Origin: Narcine bancroftii
Lineage: Eukaryota
Length of the DNA: 64,000 nt
Assembly (NCBI RefSeq): GCF_036971445.1
Contig: NC_091481.1
Coordinates: 18,104,001-18,168,000, forward strand
Reading direction: 5' to 3'
This document shows positions 47,733-60,269 of the stretch, in pieces (the first letter of the stretch is position 1; every line of letters begins with the position of its first letter). The translations under genes were made by a program, and so were the position numbers. The notes under the pieces were generated by a model. That model made no database searches, was not told where the DNA came from, and saw nothing but the letters and a program-made list of their open reading frames with translations.

Positions 47733-48269
47733 GTAAAATGTTTTGTGGTGAAATGTCCTGTTGGATTCAAATTAATTTTCCAAGTTGTGGTATTGTGAAA
47801 ATATTTCAACGGACAGAATCATCTAACCTACACCGTTAATGGAGCTTTGTAATTTACCTCAAGTTCCTGAGATCTCTGATCTTGCTCTCCTGGATCTTGT
47901 TGTCTATCCACCCATTTATTCAATGGATTGGACTGCAAAAACCAATTGCTCCCTTAACTTGGAGAAATGAAGAAGAGGTATAAAATGAAGCATTTATTAG
48001 ACATTATTTAATGGAATATTTTAAAAGTTTAAAAAATATAAAAAATGTTTCTGTAGCTTTAGCTGTTTCTTCACCAGAAATAAATATACCAATGGATGTA
48101 CATAAATTATTGCAATTTATATTTAAATATTAATTTTTCACAATTTTATCTGCCTCATCTATAATTTGGGTGTAGTTTCATCCTTCAATTAGTGTAGAAC
48201 ATTATCTACAAGCTAAAGCTGCATATGAATTATTTCTGTGTTTTATTGTACTAGTTATTCTCTTTTCAG

Positions 48270-48443
48270 TCTCTCCAGGCATTTGTCGTCAAGCAAGGGG
48301 TGTATATTTCAGGAACATCCCCCGAGAGTATGTATAACCTCCTCTCTGAACTAGCTGAAAATGGAACACATTACACTCGCCTTAGCCACTTCTCTCTTCA
48401 GCCAGTACTTGACTCCACCCATAATAAAGGGCTCGTATTCCAG
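48270..48443 (+). CDS. TUBGCP6: TUBGCP6 coding exon 4
   Basis: Reads SLQAFVVKQGVYISGTSPESMYNLLSELAENGTHYTRLSHFSLQPVLDSTHNKGLVFQ. A second in-frame acceptor lies at 48278. Confidence 0.92.
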
Positions 48444-48524
48444 GTTACAATCAGCTTTTAATTTATTCTCCTTTTGTCATGTTCACCAAAAGCATTTCAG
48501 AGTCTTTTCGATGAAATAGCAATA

Positions 48525-48865
48525 CAATCATGCAACTAGTAGAGCCATTGCTTCACAGTGCCAGAGATAGATTCAGGCTAAATCCTGGTCTTGAGTACTG
48601 TCGATGTGGAGTTTGCATGTTTTCTCTGTGACCACATGGGTTTGCATTGGGGATGCTCTGTTTTTTCCCACGTCCCAAAGACGTATGGGTTGGTAAGTTA
48701 ATTGGACACTATAAATTGTCCCCACTGTGTAGGTGAGTGGTAGAATCCGGGGAGAGTGGGTGGGAATGTGGGTAGAATACAAAATGGGATTAATGTAGGA
48801 TTAGTGAAAATGATGGTTGGTAAGATCTGGTGGTCTGAGGACCTGATTCCATGTAGTTATCTCTC
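48525..48865 (+). mobile_element. V-SINE/HE1-like SINE
   Basis: GTGGAGTTTGCATGTTTTCTCTGTGACCACATGGGTTT V-domain. Confidence 0.7.
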
Positions 48866-49159
48866 TTTCGCAATTAGAAATTTAGATTCTTGGTAGAAAT
48901 ACTGATTATTCCATATAACATCCTGGGATAAAATTTTATGTTAAATTGGCATCTCTTATATGACCATAAAAGTCCACAATGAAGTTCACATTGTTTAAGC
49001 CGATTGGCATGATTTTTGGCAATAGCTTTAATTACACAAAAAAAAATTGATGAATGATATTTTGAATTTGAAACAAATAATCTTTGCAGTTTAGTTTTTC
49101 AGGAAGAATCTATTTGTTCAAACTGAGTGAGATTACACTGCTTTTTAAAAGATCTTGTT

Positions 49160-50125
49160 ATAGCAGTGGTACAGTTGGCGTAGAGGTTAGCTCAATGCCT
49201 TTACAGCGCCAGCAATTGGGACTTGTGTTCGAATCCTGCGCTGTCTGTAAAGAATTTGTATGTTCTCTCTGTGTTTGCGTGGGTTTTCCACTGGGGGCTC
49301 TGATTTTCTCCTACCATTTGAAATGTTAAGTGTAGGTTAATTGGGTGTAAATTGGGAGGCACAGACTCGTGGGCCGAAATGGCCTGTTATTGTGCTGTAT
49401 GTCTAAATTAAAATTAAAGGTCTTTTGGAGTTGATGGGTCTTGTTATTGAAGAATTGTGGCCAGGATTATGGTTTTAATTGTTTCCACTCCATCTTTTGT
49501 TTAAGGAGATGAATCCTCTGGTATATTCTATAGTTATTTACATATAGGCAAGCACTGGAAGCAAGTCCACTGGTGAAGGTGCAGAGATTCACTAGGATAG
49601 GGGGAGAAATTGAATAGGCTTGGAGTAGAGGACTTGATAGAAGTACATAGAGTTATGAAGGGCATAGACATAGTAGGTAACGAGAACATTTTCCCCATGA
49701 TGAGATTTCTAAAACTAGAGGGCATAAGTTTAAGGTGATGTCAACAAGGAGAGTAGAAGAATTTATTTTACCTAGAGGGTTGCTGCAATCTGGACTACAT
49801 GGAGTAGAGGTGCTGGAGGCAGGTACTCTCACAAGAATCAAGGAATATTTGGATGAGTGCTTGAATCATTAAAACCTAGAAATCTATGGACCATGGGTGG
49901 CACTATTAATGCCACACCTTTACAGCGCCAGCGATAAGGACCAGACCAGGGTATGAAACCCCGTTTGTCTGTAAGGAGTTTGTGTGTTCTCCCTGTGTCT
50001 GTTTCTCCTGGGGCTCCTACCATTCAAAACGTACCAGGGGTGTAGGTTAATGGGGTGCAAATTGGGTGGCATGGACTCATGGGCTGAAATGGCCTGTTAC
50101 CATGTTGTTTGTCTACATTTAAATT
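49160..50125 (+). mobile_element. SINE, decayed CR1, SINE cluster (sister of 14251-15750)
   Basis: Two SINEs (49160-49415 and 49895-50125) flank a CR1 3' remnant (KTRGH motif). Confidence 0.75.
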
Positions 50126-50347
50126 TATAATTTGCCAGTGTCATTCATCGTTGCAACTGCATGTAGAATACAAGTTTTAAAAAGAAAGTTGGATCTTGAT
50201 AATTATTTTTCAGGAATTCGTACCATTCCAGTCTTAATTTTCACAAGATAGAACAAGTTGTACAGTAACTATTATCAAAAATAAAATATCAGTAAAAGTT
50301 AGAAGTGCAAATAAAAGAGAAATTTTTGCTCTTTTTTTTTAAACTAG

Positions 50348-50469
50348 GCTTTTACAAGTGGCCTGAGGAAATACCTGCAATACTACAGAGCTTGTGTGTT
50401 GTCAACACCTCCCTCATTGAGCCTTTTGCCAATTGTTTTTCTGTTCAGGAAACTTGGGCGGCAACTAAG
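50348..50469 (+). CDS. TUBGCP6: TUBGCP6 coding exon 5
   Basis: Reads AFTSGLRKYLQYYRACVLSTPPSLSLLPIVFLFRKLGRQL. Confidence 0.95.
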
Positions 50470-50901
50470 GTCAATATATCTTTTTTGTGTTTTTTTTTGT
50501 AATTTGCCTTGTTTGTTTGTTTTCAATTAGATTAAAATCAGGAATATTCTATTTTATTCATATTTGATCATTTCAGTTTGGATTAAAATATAAATTTCAA
50601 GAAACTCAAATGTTAAAATATAATCAATCACTTGTATCCCAGAATCTTCCTATCATTTCTAAAGTCCAGAATTGTTACTGCAATACTTGTAAAGAGGCAG
50701 CTTTGCTTTAAAAATGTCTAGACCATATCATATGCTTAAAAACATTGTTCAATGAAAAATGTAATATACACCAGCATTTGTTCCATAGATATCTGATTTT
50801 TTAATGAGAACTGGGTCATAAAATTACTTGACATTCAAATTTATTGTCTTGAACACCATGAATTTACACCACCTTGCTTTGAAATAATCTTGAATTGAAT
50901 G

Positions 50902-51751
50902 TACAGTAGAACTCTATGATTATCCAAAATGGTTGGGGCCGGACCTATTTCAGATGACTGAATTTTTCAGATAACTGGTCATTTTTTAAAAACAGACCAG
51001 TAGCAATATTTAAACAACAAACAAGGGAAGGCTTTTCAAGCATTAAAATACAGTAATATTTAATTCTCACCAAAAGAATGCTGGCCGCCGCCGAATCTCT
51101 GACACGTCCCCACTGCTGCTGCCAATCCCCAGGGAGGCTTCCCGGGCTGGTGGAACATTCACTAGTGAGTTGAAGGGCTTCTGTCTCCCCGTGGGCTTGT
51201 ACTGGCAGTGGCTGTTCCGGCTTTGTGTCCTGGTTCTGGATGATGGAGTCTGAGACAGAACAGTCTTTATCTGCGCAAACGCTCCCTCCCAACCACCACC
51301 ACCGATTCCCGACACTTCCCCGTTGAGGGCCCTGCTCCTTTCCGGGAGTCCGAGGTCCCCACTCCTGCCCGGGAGGCCGCTCTTCTTGATGACTCTGAGA
51401 CAAGGCATTCTTCCGATTGCTTGCGGTTGGGAGACAGTGGCATGCAGTTTGAGAGGGAGAGTTGGAGAGAAAAGTCAATACAGGTAGGTAAAGAAGAAAT
51501 AGAAAGGGGGGGGAGGAAGTTACCTGAAACAAGGATAATCGTTCTAATTTCATGTCGGTGTATTTTTTTTTCAACCTGTCATTTTGGCTCCAAAAATATT
51601 TTGGAAAATTAACGATTTCTGATTGTTTTGGATATCCTCATTGTTCTGAAATTTTTTGGAGGCAAACTGACGTCATTTCCGAGTCCAAAATTTTTTTTGA
51701 TCAATGAGGATTTTGCATAATCCAATTTCAGATAATCGGAGTTGTACTGTA
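50902..51751. mobile_element. Non-autonomous TcMar/Tigger-like element with GC-rich interior; related partial copy at about 54670-55072
   Basis: TA+CAGTAGAACTC..GATTATCC at the left end and GATAATCGGAGTTGTACTG+TA at the right end. Confidence 0.7.
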
Positions 51752-54043
51752 TTCTTAAACAATTTCAAAAAGTGATGAAAAGACAATTGGGTTGTTTTTG
51801 TTTGTGAGGACACGTACGTCCAGTGAAAATGGTAGATTGATCCTGATAATATTTTATGAGAATCCTGTAATTTCATGTTTTTATTATTTATACTACTTAA
51901 TTATATGAATTTAAATTGCATGGGATTTGAAATTGAGTCTCTTCTTCTTGAGTTCAAGGCTTTCCAGAATAATCAGTTAATAGAATTTTTAAATGTATGG
52001 TGTTTTGAATCCCAACGCAATAAAATAGCAAATAACGAAGAAAGCTTGCAGTTGAGTAAATTATAGAGGAATCTGGATGTCCCTTGGCTGAATGAAAAAA
52101 AAAATTAGGTCAGTACTGCAGGATTGTAAATGGCCTAGCGAGAGTTTGGGAATTTAGAATTGTGCACATTTTTGGTCCTTTTCCCAAGGAAAGGATATTC
52201 TGGCATCAGAGGCTGTCTATAAGAAAGTCACTGGACTAATTCCATGGAAGAGATGGTTGCTACATCATGAGTAGCTAAGGTAATTAAATCTAGTCTTCAG
52301 AATTGCAAGGTCCCGAGGGTAGACATTGAGATGTTTACATGGGAACATTTCAAACAAAGATGCGTGTTCACAATTTTTGGGAATATAGTTGAAAACCTAG
52401 GTGTGTCGGAACTTCTTGGAGAGGATGTGAGCTGCTGGAAAGCTGTGGATGGTAGATCATTGTGGGTTTTTAAAAGATCAAGGAATTGAGAGTGGTGGGG
52501 ACATGACATAGAAGAGGAGATGATGTTTGGGACTCTTCAATCATAATTGTTTCGAATGACAGGATACGTTTGAGGGTTAAGTGACCTACTCGTATTTTGT
52601 TATGGTCGAAATTAACCATTATGTTGCCAATGTGGGTCATGTGAGGAGTGGAGGTCGATGTTGGACAATTAGCACTGGACAACAAATTTTTTCAAGAGGT
52701 TTGCTTCCTGGAAAAAAAGGGATTATGGTAGACAATTTCAAACTGAACACAAAGAAAATTTCAGTAGGAAGTTGGTAAAACATTAATTAACATTTATTGA
52801 ATATAGTATGTTTAATTGCATAGAGATGTTGACAAATTATGCTAATTCATCTAACCTAAGAATGTTTAACCGCTGGTTTTTGTTTGTAATCCGCGTTTGA
52901 TGCCTCTCCGTGTTCAACAATTGTCGGCCGGCATTAGTGGATTCCAGTTGCCCTGACACCACTTTTCCATGGTCACAATATCCTTTGTTACCGACTGCAC
53001 CAAGATCAGCAGGGGGAGTCCAAGTCAAATACAGAAATTTATTTTTTTTCCCCAAAATTACTTATTGAGCATCAAAAACAATTTTGTAGACATTATACAG
53101 ATGTACATTGTTCTCCTATTTTCTTTCTTTCTTTCTTTAAAAAAACCAGAAAAACCAGCAGGCATATAAAAGTTCACATGCTCCTTCAGATACATGCCAG
53201 GACACCCCGCTCCCTGATCACCTTGGCACTTTTGCTGACAGTATCATCCGAATATTACTGATTGTACTGGTACAACTGTCTCCGTAAATGCTCGTAATTC
53301 AGAGAAAAAAAATAAGTAAAGGGTGGTCATTTGTCGAAAAAAATTCTGGTGGACCCTCTTGATGTGTATTTTATTTTCTCCAGTTTAATAAAGAAACTGA
53401 TAACCTTAATCTATTGTAATAGAAGGACCCCTGTCAGACTTCCAGTGTAACAAGATTAGACGCTCGGTTAATATGGGATGTGAATACTATCATGTCTTTC
53501 TGCAGGGAATTTAGGGAGTTGTGAGAGATTCCAAATATTGCAGTCAAGAAAATGAATTTTCAATGCCATGTTAAAATTCATGGTTTTGTATGTTTGAAGC
53601 ATTTAAAAAATATGATAGGAAATCACAAAAATAAGTTGCATCTAAAAATAGAATGTGATAGGAACATTTTAAGGTGATTTTCATGATCAGCCCAAAGTCG
53701 ATAAAATATATCCAGAAGTGTTCAGGAAGAAGAATCTACGTTGTCCAATGTAATAAAATTGGGTGATGGAGCAGGCCTGAGAAACTGAGTAACCAGTTGT
53801 GTTTCCATTATTAATGTTGTTATTGGTAATGCGCAAGAGCATTGCACACTCACATTGGGGAAGAAAGCAATTAAATCAATATCAGAACAATGAAATATTT
53901 AAATCATATTAAATATTTTTATAATTTCTCGGCATTGCATTGAAAATTTAAAATATTTGCATACGATCTTTACAATTTAATGCAATTCCTTTAGATAAAA
54001 TAGTTACGGGGATAATGGTGAATAATAAAGCTATCCTTTGCAG

Positions 54044-54116
54044 ATATTTATCTGAATTGTGTGGGATTGGATCGGGTGTGCTGGGAGTAAACCGAGGAAG
54101 TTCATCTTTTCCCACA
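54044..54116 (+). CDS. TUBGCP6: TUBGCP6 coding exon 6
   Basis: Reads YLSELCGIGSGVLGVNRGSSSFPT. Donor GTGAGT. Confidence 0.9.
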
Positions 54117-55199
54117 GTGAGTATTAGGATTTTCTTTTCACTCTCACGTGTTGTTTTTCTCTTCTAAAAATGTTTCCTTCATGGTTGAAATAATTTCCCA
54201 CATGCATTGATTTCCCTCCAATACTTACGTACGCAGGACTGAGACCCAGTTAGACGTACAGATGTATGACGCGTGGCTAATTGCACGTATCCTTGGTGAA
54301 TGTGGTGAAAAATGGTGCTGATGGGGAGTTTTCTGTTTCAGCTGTGCTATCCTTTCTGGAGAGGAATGCAATTATTTTCAGTCCTATTGTGAGATGTGGC
54401 ATCTGCTGGCAAGACTAAGAATTATCCTTGAGAATGTAGTGGTGAGCTACTACCTTGAGGATTCCAGCCAGAAAATATGATACAGGTGTGATAGAAGTGG
54501 AGGGAAAAGAGGAATATGAGTTGTATTTATGATTTTGGGAGAACATTATGGCAATACTTGGTCATCATCTTGTGAGGCTATATGTGTGGAACTTGGAAAT
54601 AAGGAGTGATCACTTTGATGTGCTTGAACATTGGCCTCCTGATAATCATCAGGAATTAGAGGAGTAAAAACGATACATATCTGATTATCCGAAATAGTTG
54701 GGATCGGGCCTACTTCAGATAAATGTTTTTTTTCGGAGATCTGGTCATTATTTAAAAACAGTCCAGTAGCAAAAGCAAATCACTTGTAACAGTGTTCAAA
54801 CAGCAACTACAATTAACAAGGGAAGGCTTTTAAAGGATTAAAATAATGTTTAATTCTCACCAAAAAAAAAATGCTGGCTACCACCAATCACCAACACCTC
54901 CCCACCGAGGCCCCGCTCGTGCCGTGAGCCCGAGATCCCCACTGCCACCGGGAACCCAAGGTCCACCGCTGCTGCGGGCAACTGACTTCCCCAGTTCCTT
55001 CAGCTCTGAAAAGATGTTGGATAAATGGGGATTTCGGGGAATTTGATTTTGGATAAATCAGAGTTCTACTGTCTGTAGTTATGAGAATAATAGGAATGTT
55101 ATAACATTATTTTAACTTCCTAATATTGTCTGGGACTGCCATAGAGTTGAGGGCTTGGATGAGGTAGAATTTGTCAAGCTTGAGGGAGCAACACTTAAC

Positions 55200-56060
55200 C
55201 ACTTTTTGGAAAATGAGGTCAGATAAATGACTGAAGCCCTGGCAGAGATATTTGCTTCATCGTTAGCTATGGGTGAGGTACGAGAAGACTGGAGGATGGA
55301 TAATGTGGTGACGTTATTTAAGAAGGGCCACCAGGACAAGCCCCTGAAGTTACTGGAGGGAATTCTGAGATACAGGATTCCCTGCATTTGGCAAGTCGAG
55401 TACCAATTAGAGAAAGGTATCGTAGTGTTGTGTGTGGGAAATCATGTCTCACAAATTCATTGGAATTTTTTGAAGAGGTGACTGAGAGGAATGGTGAGAG
55501 CAAGAATCTCTGTGGATTTTAGCAAGGTCCTTGACCAGGTACCACATCGTAGGCTGATCCGGAAGATTAGATGAGATCCAGAGTGAGCTAGCCAATTGTG
55601 AACAAAATTGGCTTGGTGGTGATAGTAGAGGATTGTTTTTCTTTTCCAAATTGGTGACACGTAACCAGTGGTGTGCTACAGGGGTCAATGCTGGACCCAC
55701 TGTTTTTATCAATATTAATGGTTTGGAGGAGAATGTAGTTGGTGTAATTAATAGGTGGTGGATTTAATTGAAATGGCGTACAATTCAAGTACAAAAACCA
55801 TGAGCATTGATAAGGTGAATAATCACAGGCTTTTCCCAGAGTTGGGGGTCCAAAATTATAGGGCATTGATTTATGGTGAGAAAGAAAATTAAAGGTTCCC
55901 TGAGAAGGAAGATGGTCCTCTCTACCAGAAGAGGCTACAATTACAATGGATAAAATTTGGATGGATACATGGATTGAAAAGGTTTTGAGGGATATAAGCC
56001 AAATGCAGTCACATTATGTGACTGTGTGCCTTGGAGTCTGTTTCTGTGCTCCATGATTTC
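55200..56060 (+). mobile_element. Degenerate CR1 LINE
   Basis: EALAEIFASSLAMGEVREDWRMDNVVTLFKKG, DFSKVLDQVPH and VTSGV.QGSMLDPLF remnants. Confidence 0.8.
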
Positions 56061-56637
56061 GACTCAGATTCTAAGAAATCCCATGATGCTGTTGATTCAG
56101 GGCTTCCAGGATTTAGATAGAGCCACAATGAAAGAATAATATATTTCCAAATGGTGATAGCACGTGATTTGGAGGAAAGTCTGCAAATGATTGCATAAAT
56201 TGGTAGCTTTTGTTCTTGCTGGATGTCACAGATTTGGGAAGTGTTGCAATAATGCTTGTCATTCACAAGATACATGAATAACTTAGGACCTGGCACATCT
56301 CAACAACTTGGTGGGATCTGAAATTTCGAAGACTGCGATTGGCAAGTGTGTGTATGAACAGAGAAACCTAAAGACACAAATGCACCCTTTTATCTAGTAG
56401 CTTGTACTTTAGCTACACATCCTGTCTGTCTATGTTCTGATGAGCTTTTGTCTGTTGATCAGTGCAGCCATTATCTTACCAAATGATCATTCCCATTGTA
56501 GGATTTTATTAATGTTAATTTTATTAATGTTGGAAAACTGATGAACATGAGATAAATGTCAATCGTATAACTATTCATTTTTTTTATTACCATAAGTTTC
56601 TTCAAAGTTTTAATTTCTCTACTATTTATTTTATCAG

Positions 56638-56747
56638 GGAGTAAAACTATTGTCATATTTGTATAAGGAAGCTTTGAATAACTGCAGCAATGAACACTAT
56701 CCAATGTTGCTCTCTCTTTTGAAAAGCAGCTGTGAACCATATACACG
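56638..56747 (+). CDS. TUBGCP6: TUBGCP6 coding exon 7
   Basis: Reads GVKLLSYLYKEALNNCSNEHYPMLLSLLKSSCEPYT. Confidence 0.95.
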
Positions 56748-56848
56748 GTAAATAATGACGACTGAAATTTCTTACATTTACCTAATGTAATTTGTACTTC
56801 AGTTACTTATTGTTTTGTTTTCCAATAATAAATGGATTTTCTTTTTAG

Positions 56849-56940
56849 GTTTGTCTACGACTGGGTTTACAGTGGTATTTGTAGAGATGCCTATGGAGAA
56901 TTCATGATCCAGGTGAATGAAGATTACCTCCATTTCAGAG
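56849..56940 (+). CDS. TUBGCP6: TUBGCP6 coding exon 8
   Basis: Reads FVYDWVYSGICRDAYGEFMIQVNEDYLHFR. Confidence 0.95.
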
Positions 56941-57029
56941 GTATGGTGAGAAACAAACTAAAATGACTATAATGTAGCAAACTCAGTTGTTTTCAGTGGA
57001 AGTCCTAATGATTTCACTAACTGTAATAT

Positions 57030-57630
57030 CAGAATTTATTGCCATGAACAAGTCACAAGATTTGTTGTTTTTGTGGCAACGTCAGAGTTCAAACATTCAT
57101 ATAAACTACCTTGCAAAAATAATTAAAATAGAGCACTAAAATTCAGTGTCTTTGCTTCATTGATCGTTCAGGAACCCGATGGCAGCGGGGAAGAAGCTGT
57201 CCTTGTGCAGCCAAATGCTCAGCTTTAGGCTCCTCTACCTCTTGTCCCAATGATAGCAGATTGAAGAGGGCATGGCCTGGTTGCTGGGGCTCCTTGAGGA
57301 TAGAGGCTGCTTTCTTAAGACACTACCTCTTGTCGTGAATACTGGTATTCACTATTATGTCTGTTATGTATCTGTGCAAGATTGTCATTATTTATTATAG
57401 ATGTGAAATACTCGTAAGATTTGGGGATCTTGTGTCATTTACTAATTTCTTGTCCTCAACGGAGTGAAGACGTGCCCGTGATGATGCAGGCCGAGTTAAC
57501 AACCGTCTGGAGTTTTTTTTTCTTGGCCTGAGCATTGACACCTCCATACCAGACAGGGATGTAACTGGCCAGAATGCTTTCCTGTAGAAGTTTTCGTGAC
57601 ATACCAAATCTCCTCGAACACCTCACAAAA
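57030..57630 (-). mobile_element. Rex/Babar-type LINE fragment interrupted by a 110-bp insert copied from 61482-61599
   Basis: TTTATTGCCATG tail and LINE coding remnants on both sides of the insert at 57339-57448. Confidence 0.65.
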
Positions 57631-58702
57631 TATAGTACTATCTAACTTTCTTAATGCTTGGAAACTCTAGACATTTTCAGTTTCCATAGGAGGAGTGTCT
57701 TTGTCATTTTGTTAGTTTCCTTTCACTCACTGAGAATTTTAGAGTGTCACAGCACAAAAGAAACTGCTGTCACGCTAATGAAATGATGGATGAGTACACC
57801 CAGTGGCAGATTAACCATTAGACTTAATAGGCTGAAGCCTAGGGAACCAGAAGGGAGTGGGGACGTTGGGCTCCTGGCATAATAACTAATAAAAGTTATT
57901 TAACATAACTTAACCTCATTTTATTCTCTTCAATGAAGTGTGGGGCGGGGGGGGTGGGCAAGGTCAGGGTGTGCCTTACTAAAGCCCAGCCAAGGGGCCT
58001 AGGTGGTAGTTAATTCCCCCATTGAATACAGCAAGGCACTCCATGGTGGCACAGCTCTTATTCACTCCCTATTGCCCTGTAAATATTCCTGTTCTCAATT
58101 TCTCTTTGAAAGGAATAGTTGAATTGGCTTTCACTGCCCTTTCAGAAAATGGATTCTAGGTCAAAACAGATCACTGTTTATAAACAATCTTCTCTATCTC
58201 GTTAATAAAGATTATCAACTCTTATTTAGTGATTCAGCAGGAAACAATCTTCTCACATGTGAATCAATTTCATACATAGAATTGAGTCTTATGATTTTCT
58301 TGGTTTGGAGTAGATGGGAAACAACCCAGCATTGGCTATGTAGTTCTGGGGTCACCCATTCTAATTGTTTTTTTCTTAATAAATGAAAGAAGGAAGATGG
58401 GAAACAATGGAATACAAGTTACCTGATGTTATACTTAAAAACAAATCCATAGAAATTTTACTAACACAATTATTTTAATATTTTAAAATGTGCTGAGTAT
58501 TGCAAAATAAGATTTTTTTGTTACTTATTATGGATGGTGAACAATATGGACTCAAGGCGTTATTTCATGTTGAAGTAGCTCGTGGGTCGAAGGCAGGTGT
58601 TTTATTGTTTTGCAGGAATTTTTCAAAAGATATGGAACTATTAGATGAAATTCCAGTAACAAAGAACATCGATTCATTAATTTTCTAACATTTATATAAC
58701 AG

Positions 58703-58842
58703 ATAAACATTACTGGACGCACGGATATGTTCTCGCTTCCAAAGAAGTTGAAGAGAGTGTTCCCCTCTTCCTTGCTCACGTGGCTTATGACATCTATATT
58801 TGTGGAAAGACTATTAATTTGCTGAAGTTATGCTGCCCAATG
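58703..58842 (+). CDS. TUBGCP6: TUBGCP6 coding exon 9
   Basis: Reads KHYWTHGYVLASKEVEESVPLFLAHVAYDIYICGKTINLLKLCCPM. Confidence 0.95.
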
Positions 58843-59225
58843 GTATGATGTTCTTTTTGGAACTGCTTTTATCTAATGAATAAGCTGAACCTTGAGTTGA
58901 CAGCAAAAGATAAAATGAAACTAAAATGATTCCTTAGTGAACACTAATACACCAGATTTATTGCAAAGATTCTAATTTCTCAGTGTGCTGTTTGTTCAAA
59001 TCCAATTCAGGAAACTTATTAATAATTTTTTAATATTTAACAAATTGATAGAAAATGTTTTGGTGTATTAACCATGAAAAAAAATAATACATGGAGGTGG
59101 ATTGTGAAAATAGCTTGCAAAACTGTGTTTATTTGGAAGTCTTCCAAATATTGTCATAAACCGCAATTCCAAGTTCGTTGTTGTTCCTCTCTTGTTTTTG
59201 AGTAAAACTGCGACATCTAGTGTGT

Positions 59226-59381
59226 TACCCCTTTTACACAGAGATCCCACTTAATTGGTGTGTGAATGACCCATGTTTAAAGCCAGATTGGGTTGTCACA
59301 CTGAACCAAGAAAAGCCGGGTCGAAACGCATCGGCTCTGATAGGTTCATTCCTGTCTTTTAACATCTGTGTAAAAGGGGTA
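59226..59381. mobile_element. MITE with perfect 17-bp terminal inverted repeats
   Basis: TACCCCTTTTACACAGA at 59226-59242 and TCTGTGTAAAAGGGGTA at 59365-59381. Confidence 0.8.
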
Positions 59382-60119
59382 TTTAGTATTGCAATACGCA
59401 TGTGTATGAAGCTACAATGTATATGTTCTCTGAACACAGCAGTCATTTATAAAGAATTTTTGACAGCATTGGATTTCTTCAGAAAAAAGTACATTACATT
59501 AATTTTTTTTACACTGATAGATAATATTCTTCTGAATAAAATATTTTTTGAAAAACTCATGAACAACTCGTTCAACTACCATTACAGTAATTCCTTGTCA
59601 GTACCTCTCTCCCTGCCTGACAATTAATGGAATATTACCAAAAACATGCACATCTAAATACTAAAATTAGATTGAAAGTCTTAAAAACGTTCTATTTTCT
59701 TTATTAGGGTTATTACTCATTAGTTTTATTCTTAGCTATTGGGGAATAGTTAACAATTTCAGTGCAGTTATGGACGCTTCCCCCAGTGCAAACATTCTAA
59801 TGTCACATTCTCAGAGAGAAAGCAACTGAACTCTGTACCAATTTGTACCAGCTGAAACCCTTCATAGTATTTAATCCAAATTCACTGAAGATGATTTGTA
59901 CCCAGATAAAAATCATGCAATTGAGAAATTGAATGTTAGACTTCAGCCCTTCTGGTCCATTGACTGATAAAGCTGTGTTGAAGTAGCAGGGAGAAACTAT
60001 TTATCACTTCTGAAGAATTGTTAGTTTAAATATGTGACAAATAGGCTTGTTTATCACTTCAAGATTACTTGATGAGTATAATGAAGATTGTCTGCATTTA
60101 TGTCTGTGTCTTTTCAAAG

Positions 60120-60269
60120 CATTACATCTGCTGGTCTGACATTCCCGTTCCCCACATCTCTGTCACATTTTCTCTGGAGGAGTTGGAGGAAATAGAGCGA
60201 GACTCTGCTGTTTATATCAGTCGAATGGAGAGAATAGCTCGTTACAATTCGATCAGCAGAGAGGCAAAG
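60120..60269 (+). CDS. TUBGCP6: TUBGCP6 coding exon 10
   Basis: Reads HYICWSDIPVPHISVTFSLEELEEIERDSAVYISRMERIARYNSISREAK. Confidence 0.95.

Noticed and set aside
50945-51574. 209-aa minus-strand ORF and overlapping 113-aa ORF
   Set aside because: They lie inside a TIR-bounded non-autonomous transposon with a GC-rich interior, have no recognisable domain, and are antisense within a TUBGCP6 intron.
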